A DNA stretch of 36,390 nucleotides, taken from contig NW_014039771.1 of NCBI RefSeq assembly GCF_001186125.1, forward strand, positions 1-36,390. The letters are read 5' to 3'. The stretch's first letter is position 1. Every line of letters starts with the position of its first letter. The notes under the pieces are model-generated. The model was not told where the DNA came from. It saw only the letters and a list, made by a program, of their open reading frames with translations, and ran no database searches. Of the stretch, positions 1-9,414 are shown piece after piece. A program made the translations under genes and the position numbers. The stretch comes from Sphaeroforma arctica JP610. Lineage: Eukaryota.

Positions 1-279
1 CGGTTGGGGGGGGTGTCGCCAGCTTTTTAAAAAATAAAAGTTTATTGATTGAAATATTCATAAAAAAATCTGTCTGTGCTTTTGAAATATTGTTGGAAGT
101 GCAAGTCTGGTTTTGGATCTGTTTTGACAGTTTCTATCCTGATAATTAACCTTGTGGATCTAAATTATGAAAAAGTCACAAGTCACAACTCCAATGTACA
201 TTCCTCAAAAGAACACTACAGTTTTATAAATTTTTATTTTGATAAAACAAAAAATATAAATAAGATAAACGAGCATTGA

Positions 280-945
280 CACAGGCCACAGAGACTCAGA
301 GTCACAGAATCTAAAGTTCCGAGTTGTTCACAGAATTGCAGTCCACACTCCACAGCCCACAGTCCAGAGTCCACCCACTCTATAGAGTAAATACTCAACA
401 GCGAATAAACCACACGGTACACACTAGACAGCCAGTGACTGCCAAACCCAGTCAGCCACACTCATAGTTTTAGGGCGTTTTTTATGTAGTAGTCCGTCAC
501 ATAAATATTTTAAATTTATTAAAAAAAATACAGCTTCATTTCTTCAAATGCCAGTCTGTTTGAGATAGACCCCAGTGACCAGTGACGCCACTCATCAGTC
601 ACCAGTCACCACACTCACCACTGCAGCGACTGGCTGACAGCACCGTGCCACCCAGTCACATTCACCAGAGTCCAGAACTCCAGCACTGCACACTGCACAC
701 TGCACAATGCACGGCGACAGTGCAGTCACAGATCAATTATTTATACTATGTATTCACATCACTTCTCAGTTCACAACTTCACAGTTCACAGTTCACACCC
801 ACATTCTCACAGTCACTGAGCCACACCCACAGACCACAGTGCACTCTACTAGTAGTGCAGTGAGTACTGACTACTGACTACTGAGTACGCACACAGTACA
901 CTACACACTCTGACAGTCACTCACAGTCACTCACAGTCACACACT
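280..945. repeat. Low-complexity CA-rich 'stutter' region made of short (mostly 7-bp) imperfect tandem duplications
   Basis: (cactgca)x3 at 684-704, (ttcacag)x2-3 at 778-798, (ctgacta)x2+ctgagta at 867-887, 10-mer acagtcactc x2-3 at 913-942, palindrome ctactagtag near 846-855. Confidence 0.85.
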
Positions 946-1419
946 CGCGCGTTGAGAACTAGAGATAAATATGTGAATAAAATAAAACACGGCTGGGGCG
1001 CTGCAGAGACCGAAAACTTTTTTCCTAAGAGGGTAGCTGATAGCTTGTGAACATACCCGCACAGGGTGAGCTGAGGCCGAAAACAACTTTTCTTTTCATC
1101 CGTCAATAACGGACCCACAAAAGTATGCTCTATTTTTTAAACAAAATTCCGTTTAGGACCCCTTGGGGGCCTCTTGGGGGCCTACAAATGGGGAAAAAGC
1201 GTTTCAGACAGATTTCAACTTCAAACAAGAAATAGGGACTACAGCTACGCTTTCGGTGATAAATAAGATTCGGCGGAGAATCGGAGAATCGGAGACTGTA
1301 ACTGTTAGTATTTACTCTGAGTTGAGTCTTGCGGCAAACAATGGAGATCCGCGAATAACGAGATTGCTATAGCCTATTCATTGGAGAGACACTTTTTAAT
1401 ATTTATCGTTATAAAAACA

Positions 1420-1862
1420 TAACAGTCACACTCACACACTCACTGTGACTCACAGAGACACAGGCCACAGACTCACAGTGTGACATACTCTCAGTCTCTC
1501 ACAGACTGTCACAGTCACAGACTCACAGACTCACAATCTCACATTCACAGTCTCACACTCACAGTCTCACACATTCACGTTATGTATTCGGCTACAGAAT
1601 CTGCTACTACAGCGTAGACAACAAATAACTCTCTACTCTCTCTCTCTCTAGTAGAGTAGTAGTAGTTTAGAGAGATGTAAGGTCGTAGGCTCTCGAAGGA
1701 CGTAGAGTTGTTGTCTCCTCGTAGTCGTATTATCCTCCAAGAGTCCAAGTCTCCGTGGCTGTGGGCCGTGGGCCGTGGGCCGTGGACGTTATGGGCTCCT
1801 GGCCCTAGGACTTGAGAGACTGGGACCTGAGTCTGGACTCTGGACTCAGGTCTCCACGAGTC
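1420..1862. repeat. Second stutter/low-complexity region directly left of the MITE
   Basis: cacag/actc/agtc-rich tract 1420-1575; (ct)n and tagtag 1630-1675; (gtgggcc)x3 at 1761-1781; (ctggact)x2 at 1833-1846. Confidence 0.8.
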
Positions 1863-1865
1863 TTA

Positions 1866-2497
1866 GGCCGGTTTTGCTAACTTTGGAAAATATAGAGAAA
1901 ATACAGCCCTAAAAAAATATAGGTATATTTTGGTATATTTCTTGAGAAATTTTGGAACTGTATATTCCCATTCAATTTCAAAATATGCTGCCAGTTGTAT
2001 TTGAAATATTGTCGAATATTCGCAAAGCAATTCCTTTTTACGAGTTGGCAAATGCGCAGAGCCGCAGACACTAGAAATTCTGTTCTAATTGACGTATATT
2101 AACCAGTGCCAGAGTTTTGGATGTCAACCGGAGTAATGCGAGTGAAATTGGAGTTATCTGATAAATCACAACAAATAATTTCTTTCCCAAAGCAAAAAGA
2201 GCGTCTACCCTCTTTTTGACTTTGAAGGGAATAAACAACAAAACGAAATATTGTGTTGTGTTTTTTACGTCTCGAATAACAGAATTTGATGTTGCCAAAA
2301 CTGTCAGTATATTCGATTTCTAAAATTATTGTGCTGAAAAATTATGGAAATCGATTCTCAATATTTTTCTGAATATTCCGAAATCTTGACCAAAAATCCA
2401 AATTGCTAAGAAATACTGAAATTAGCTACCGGAGTATCATGTTTTACTCATCTCAAAATATATTTCCCTATAATTTGCAAAGTTAGCAAAACCGGCC
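1866..2497. mobile_element. Non-autonomous TIR element (MITE), PIF/Harbinger (Tourist)-like, 632 bp
   Basis: Perfect 20-bp TIR GGCCGGTTTTGCTAACTTTG (1866-1885; reverse complement 2478-2497), extending imperfectly to ~35 bp; flanked on both sides by TTA (1863-1865, 2498-2500), the typical Harbinger 3-bp TSD; AT-rich interior without a credible ORF. Confidence 0.9.
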
Positions 2498-2961
2498 TTA
2501 AACTCTCAACTCTCAGACTCAGTCCTCTGAGACTTTGGTGCCTGTAGCGAGTGTAGTCATCCTAGAATAGTAAATAGTACTGTATGTACTGAATAAATAT
2601 ATAGGAAAGAATGAAAATGCTTTTGTATGCTTTTGTTTTTCTTGTTTATGTTTTATATAGGGTATTTTTTATAGCAAAACAATAAATTATTAAAAAAAAC
2701 AAAAACAAAACATACAGCGTTACAGCGGTGAACGAATTTCAGAATTTGTGATTTTTTCGACTTTCCTTTGCAGCCGGGGGACTTCTATTTTATCTCATCT
2801 CTCCCGAGCTGTCGTTTGTATTTGATATAGATAAAAATTTTAACCGAATATAAAAAACACACTTTTACTCGCAGTCTCGCACTGTTTTGTTTAAAAAAAA
2901 ACAAAACTAAGTAGTCCATATAAAGCTACGTAAATATATTCATTTAAAAAAGGTTTTAATT

Positions 2962-2999
2962 CATAACCTTTGAAAATTGTTCAAGTTTAGAAGGCTTTG
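2962..2999. repeat. Copy of dispersed palindromic site CATAGCCTT(CT)-N15-18-AGAAGGCTATG
   Basis: cataacctttgaaaattgttcaagtttagaaggctttg; aligns with the reverse complement of 33577-33613 including the ttgttcaa spacer. Confidence 0.65.
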
Positions 3000-3123
3000 C
3001 TCCAGAGTATGCTGTAAGGACAGTATTTTTTTTCGCGAAGTTCGGCCAACCTATTTATTCTATTTACTTTGTTTCAGAAATCAGGATATCTTCTAGGGTG
3101 AAATATTTGTATTGACTAAGTGA

Positions 3124-3162
3124 TGAGTAGTGAGTGGTGAGTAGTGAGTGGTGAGTGGTGAC
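3124..3162. repeat. 7-bp tandem repeat (tgagtrg)x5
   Basis: tgagtag tgagtgg tgagtag tgagtgg tgagtgg. Confidence 0.9.
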
Positions 3163-3336
3163 TATTTAAAAAAAAAATCGATATTTATAAATACATACGG
3201 TTTGTGACTACGAATCTGGCAGCAGGCTCCAAACTGGACATGTGTATGTGACATATATGATATAAGTCTCGCTGTGATGCTGTCCAGTATCCTCCCCCCT
3301 CCTCCTTTCTTTTTTAAACAAAAAAATGTACCGCAT

Positions 3337-3395
3337 CATGGCCCTCCAGTAGAAAAAGAAAAAATTGCCACAACGGACTAACGTCCGAAGGACAT
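3337..3395 (+). mobile_element. Fragment of an unclassified dispersed repeat ending in a GTCC-GAA-GGAC minihairpin
   Basis: 20-bp gactaacgtccgaaggacat (3376-3395) is the exact reverse complement of 26920-26939; upstream catggccctccagtagaaaaagaaaa resembles the reverse complement of ~26975-27005. Confidence 0.6.
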
Positions 3396-3480
3396 CGCAT
3401 CCAAATATTTAGTTTTTTTTTCATTTCCCGACAGCGAGGGACGCGCCAAGAGCCTAGGATTGAGGCCCGAGGATTGAGTC

Positions 3481-3540
3481 CTGAGGGCTGAGGGCTGAGG
3501 GCTGAGGGCTGAGGGGTGAAGTCTGAGGGCTGAGGCCTGA
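3481..3540. repeat. 7-bp tandem repeat (ctgaggg)x5 plus degenerate units
   Basis: ctgaggg at 3481-3515, further variant units to 3540. Confidence 0.9.
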
Positions 3541-5094
3541 TGAGGGCGGCAGCGAACTTCCGAAATCGAGACACAGATTTATTTGCTTTTTTGAAAATGT
3601 TTTTGTATTCGTGTTTTTAAATTTAGGCTATGCATTTTTAGTATTATTTTTATTTAAAAAAATATATACAGTACAGTATGTCCACATTTACATACTGTAT
3701 TTTTTTCTTCTTTTTTTAACAAAACACTAAAATCAGGTCTATTTATAAAAAAAAATAGTATTTTTAAATTTGTTTTAGTCTACTTTTTCTCATTTTCATG
3801 AAAAATAGCTGAACCATTGGTTTTTCTTTAGAAATAGTTTGCCATTGTTGGATCATCGCTCAATGAAAACCAGCACATACACGTGCCGTAAATTTATAAT
3901 TTACTCTAGGTTTTATATTTATATCACCGTCATTTTTGAGTTCTGTTTTTTGTTAAAAAAATTAGACCTTCCAACACTTACATATTCAAATTTCAAACTT
4001 GTGCAAATTCAAAAATATAAAAATATAAAACAAGCCATTTACTATTTTTAAATATTTTTAAGACAGAATACCAGCTTTATACTTATTTAAAAATATATCT
4101 TTTAAAATTATTTTTGATGTTGCAAATTAATTGTATCATATTTATATTTATATATTCTAGTATAGTAGCATAGTATTTAGAGCAATTCTGAATATAATTT
4201 GGAACTTCTACGACTCCACGATGATGAATTTATAGAAATACAACCATCTGTTTAAAATCACAAGTTTTTTTTATAACACATAGCACATTGTTGCTAAATA
4301 TTGTCTTTTTTAGAGCACTCTGTTGCTATTTATATAATTTTGTTTAAAACAAAAAAGATGTCGCTTTTTATCGAATGTTGTTCTTGCAATTGTATAATAT
4401 TTTTTTTCTACTGTTGCATTCAGCGTCGCATAGTTTTATTTATTTGTATGTATCTCTCTCTCTCTCTAGTCTCTACTACTATTTACTCTAGTAAATACTC
4501 TCTCTGTAGTAGAGCTAGTAGTAGAGAGGCTCAACAGTCAACAGTGAGCAGGGCCCATAGTTGAATGCGGCAGCGGCACAATAAAACGGATTGTGTATCT
4601 GTCAAATACAAAATTAAAATTAAAAAAATTAAATCTCTCGTGATTTATAGTCCTCATAAGACCAGTGATGGCTAACTACTTCATCACAAACACTACAAGC
4701 TAGTGCTATAGTAGTTTATAGTAGCTTAGTTCAGTGTACTCATCTTATATAAGGCCAACTTAGCAGCGCAACCCTTATTGTTGCGCTCCCACAATATCGT
4801 AATTTTCGGGACTGATTGTTTTACACTCCACCAAAAAAAAAGGACTCTGCTTGATCGATAGCACATTTCGTTTGTAAGTGGTGCAATAGTAAGTGTGAGA
4901 AATCAACCTTGATCGAGTCTGGAATTTTTTTTTACAAGGGGCACGTGAACTGCTGTGCGATAGCTACCAGTAAAACGTGGCGCATATATTCACGGTGTAT
5001 ATTACAGTCGTGTGGGACTTTAGGCGGGTACATAAACTATTCATTGCGAGCGTATAACCATTTGTCCAGAAGAAATTCTAACAACAGAGGAAGG

Positions 5095-8000
5095 ATGGAG
5101 GGCTACCAAAAAGGTATGTTGATATCATATATACTTATATTTAGCATATATATAAATATATATATATATCTAAAAATGAGCTACACGTTTTTGTGTTTCT
5201 TTTCCCATGTTGTGAACCCCATTGCAGTATAGGTTAGTATGAACACATAGCGGCATTATCTAACATTAGTCAAATATAGGTATCCCCGTGTCAAGTTCTA
5301 TGACAAGGCGAAACTGTTTTTTTAGTGCGGTTTTCGTGCAATTTAGAAGTTGGTGTAGGTAGTGGTCAGTCCTGTCGGCTATACTGTGTTGTTCTATAGA
5401 TTTGTGCGTCAATATAAGGCGCACGTTGCTCCACTTTGTTGTGTTGATTATAGTGCGTATGTTAATAGTAGATTCTGGGTAGTTCATCACTATTATTTTA
5501 TCAGGAGCACAACCTTTTATTTACAATATAAGCTTTGGCACAGTGTAGGAGTGCGCGATTTATACATATCTTTTACTGTCACTACGTGCTCGAATACGTT
5601 TCTGGCCTTATTTGCGATTGCTTATATTATAGCCTAGTAGTATTGCATAGTGCAGCTGCCTACTTTTTTACTTAGTAGTATATTACAGGTCATTAGCTTG
5701 ATGCGTAACTTCATGCGAAACCTTCGCCATGCTTACTATTTTTCTACCCACCTGTCTAATTGCGCAGGCGGCTACGAACCTATAGCATATCATGGCTCTG
5801 CAATATCCTCGCTGCAAGGTATGGATGGCGATAAAAAAAACGGACATGGGCAGGGACAGGGACAGGGATCTTACAACCCAGGTGACGGTGGCGGTGATTG
5901 CCAACAACAACGCCGCCACCAGGCACCTCCGCATTATCAGCAATACCCGAACCAACTTGACCGCGAACACTACAATAATGATAGTTACGACAGTCAGCAG
6001 AAATATGCTACACGTGAGAGTCAACATTACAATAGTCGTAGTGTGAATGTGGACCAACAGCAGGGGCACTCGAGGGATATAGTTCACAATGATCGCAACA
6101 ACGATGCGAATATGAATTACTATAGATCCCAGTCACGGGATTACGGTAACCAGAGCAACGGCCACCACCCCCCTGCGTATTACTCACAATCTGCCCCGAC
6201 GGCTTTTTCTGCGAGGAGGGACAACAATCAACATGTCTCTCCACACCACACCACACACCCGGACCAACAGTACAGAAACCCTCAGAATGACGGAGGTGTG
6301 TATTACCGCAGATCCGAACCCGTGATCACAGAGGCTATGCGGCCAAAGAATATGGTGCAGCAAATGACCTCTGCGAACATGCAGGCAGGTCATGGGTCTA
6401 CGGGACTCACGCCTGTGTTGGGGACAGTGTCGTTGAATTTTAACCGCAACGATCGGAATCAGCCGTATCCCAGTCACATGAGAAATCAACAACAGCACCA
6501 CGGGGGCGTTTGGGGTGGTGATGGTGGTGGTGGACAGATGTCAAGGCCGGGTATGAGAGGCGACATGAACAACAATAACAAAAGTAACAATACAAATTCA
6601 ATGCAAGTTGGTGCAAAGAAGACCTCAAAATCAACCCGTGTTAGACGGCGTAGAGCCGATTTGGAACGTTCATTTCCCTGTGGACACGAGGGGTGCTCTA
6701 GATTGTATGCGTCGAACCACGCGAGACACTTACATTACCGTCTGAAACATGATAACGAAGCACCGCTGTCAGTCGTGAACGCGCAGCAAGCCGCGGAAGA
6801 CAACAAATCGTCAGGGGACAAGAACACACCCGCATATAATCCTGTAAGTGATGTCCGTAGCTTTTCCCCTGGCGTCCCGTACGGGCAGCAAGGTGCACAG
6901 GCAAAACACTATCCAGACAGTGCGCCTGCAGAGCAGAGTCGCAGTATGTGGCATCAGCCTGTGTCCGCTAAACTGGGTGCATCGGATGAGCCGCGTGCGC
7001 AATCGCTTGGTTCGAGCCACTCGGCCCAGGACCAGCGCAACGACAACTACATGAGCCAGGGCCAAGCACAGGGCGCTCACCAGCAGGTGATGCGAGTGAG
7101 CTCGGAACAGTACAACCAGTCTTCTATACGTAGAGGTTCAGATCAGTGTGGCTCATCTATGGGTCGCCCCGTGCAACCCGCATCGCTCGCACAGCGAGGT
7201 GGTAGCTTTAAGGGCATACCACGTGTACTGAATAGTAGAGGCGAGGATTCGACCGAGAATGGGTCTTCTTTACCCGGAAGCAAAGGTTTGCAAAGCAAAA
7301 GCAGTGAGTTTTCGAGTTCATACTCACGCGTACAATGTTCGGGGAGGCAAACACCGTTCGGACCTCGAGAACGTGAGGGGTTGAGTGGAAACGGTGCAAG
7401 CTATCTGGGCGCCCCTCCGTCGTGGGACAATCATGGTTCAGGCACTAATTCAGATCAGAACCAGCCCAACGGGGAAGGGAACACTGAGTCTCATCACTCT
7501 CAAGACCCAACATCTCACCGAGATACGGTGGAAACTAAGCGACTGTCAGACGAAGGACGCTCTTACAGCGGTGTGTACTCTGGGACTACTCATGCCATTA
7601 CGCGAGAGCATCCTTACAAGTTTGTGACCACGGCCAGTACGGGTATTGCGAATAGAGAGAATGGGAGTGTCGATAGCTCGCCGGGTAGGCTTAGGCTGAG
7701 ACACCACAACCACTCGTTCACTGACATGAAGAGTGCTATGTCACCACAGAACCTCAATGCACTTCCAGTTATAGACAAGTCACCTCACGCCAGATCGCCG
7801 TCGTCTCCTAACATACACAGTGCTTATCCGAGGTCCATCTCGCATGGCAAGTTGTCGTCCAATCAAAGCGATCACAGCGATAGGAGCGGCACGGAAATCA
7901 GTACTACAACAGCGGGCGAGAGAGCTGGAGTCACATCACCTGTTCGAGGGGATCTGAGAGTGACTCAATCGGAGATGGGTGGTAGCGCTCAGGGGCGCAG

Positions 8001-8142
8001 TCTCGCTATTCACCCACTTTCGAATTCTCACGATTCCATTGGAAGGATGAGTTCTAACTCCGCTGGTAACAGCTCTTTCGGAGAGTACCAGGCAACCAGG
8101 ACCAATGCACGACCATTCGATGTCACCAACTTGCTGGCTTAA
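5095..8142 (+). CDS. Single C2H2 zinc-finger transcription factor (Con7-like finger), ~797 aa, largely low-complexity/disordered; exons 5095-5113 and 5768-8142
   Basis: 830-codon ORF 5650-8142; motif RVRRRRADLERSFPCGHEGCSRLYASNHARHLHYRLKH (6637-6750) is a basic arm plus C-x4-C-x12-H-x4-H; ATG GAG GGC TAC CAA AAA G|gtatgt splices in frame to tgcgcag|GC GGC TAC at 5768; ends RPFDVTNLLA*. The 5' exon is inferred. Confidence 0.85.
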
Positions 8143-9414
8143 TCATTTTCGAAGCAGACAGTTGTATCTTTGCCGCGAGAATTCAATCGGTCGGTGAATA
8201 CTAAATCATGAAATAAATCACTTAGCCCGACGGGTCAATAGCACATTCTTCGTGAACTGGATAATATACTATGCACATCGCAAGGACGATGGCATATGCT
8301 TTGATTGCTGGATTGTTATCTCATTGATGTATTCGGGAATGACCTTTTCAACATGCTCTGCACTAAGAGGAAAAGCTAGTAGGTAGAACAAATCGTAGAC
8401 TTCGAGTGCCACATTAATAAGCAACCGAACACGGAGAATTCGTGTTTCAATCCAATAAATTGCAAATAGCATGGTGAAACATATTGTACTCGACAGCTGT
8501 GTATGTTTCCGGTTCTCATTTGTTGTCGCACACTGAATTTAGATTATATACGCCGCACGGCATCGTTTTGTCTGGTGTGATGTGGCCAATCTAAAGAGTT
8601 GAACATGGTCGCAGCTTGCTCTAAAGGTACTTATTAAAATTAATCGGCTTTTACATGAAATCAGGAAATTAATACGTCAGCCTTGTTGCGCTGCTTATTA
8701 GCATCATGACCTGGTATTGTTATTGTTCTCAATGGTTGTTCTAGCGAAATCGTTTAGCATTATAGAAGGAAACGGTACATGAACAAAAAAAATTGCGACC
8801 CCAGTGCCATTTTAAAATGAGCAACCGAATACGAAGCCGTGTTGTATTTTACTAAATGATAGCAATTATGCTTAAACATGCCGCAGTAAACAACCGGGTG
8901 CATCTCGTATCTATCGCACACAGAACTCACATTATATTATATACGTTCGGTAATTACACAAGAACCCAAATTTTGTTCAATAAAATTGGTCGTGTAGGTC
9001 GTCGCAATTACTAGATTTCGGTTAACCCCGCTCAGTGACTATGACCAATCTAATACCTATTGGTACTTTTGAGGACCACACTATCTATACCTGCAGGCTT
9101 TATGACCCTATTGTCGCCTATCTAGTAACAGGAAGTATGAGTACATTTCTTCGCAATAAGTCCCTATATGATAACTCGCTGATCGTTTGTGTAAATCAGA
9201 ACTGCGTGACCTTTCCTGAACCGATGCATTCTGCGCATATTTAGTTATTTTCCTTTGTACCTATTCGCTATCACTGGTCGTTTACGCCGATAAACTATTC
9301 GCACCCGGGTAAACGCCAAGTCTGTACTAAGCAAAATTTGTGCCTCGAAAGGTCGTAAACCTCACGGTACCCATATATCGATTGCCTCACCTGCTTCCCA
9401 AACATCATCTAACA

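Noticed and set aside
234..863. ORFs 234-461(-) and 582-863(+)
   Set aside because: Translations of low-complexity stutter DNA (S/H/T/Q-rich) with no protein features.
3537..3570. CTGATGA...GAAA resembling a hammerhead ribozyme core
   Set aside because: Stem II pairs poorly, no convincing stems I/III were found, and CTGA arises from the adjacent ctgaggg repeat.
5650..5767. N-terminal part of the 830-aa ORF as coding
   Set aside because: It starts at a GTG and looks intronic; a spliced start at 5095 joining at 5768 fits better.
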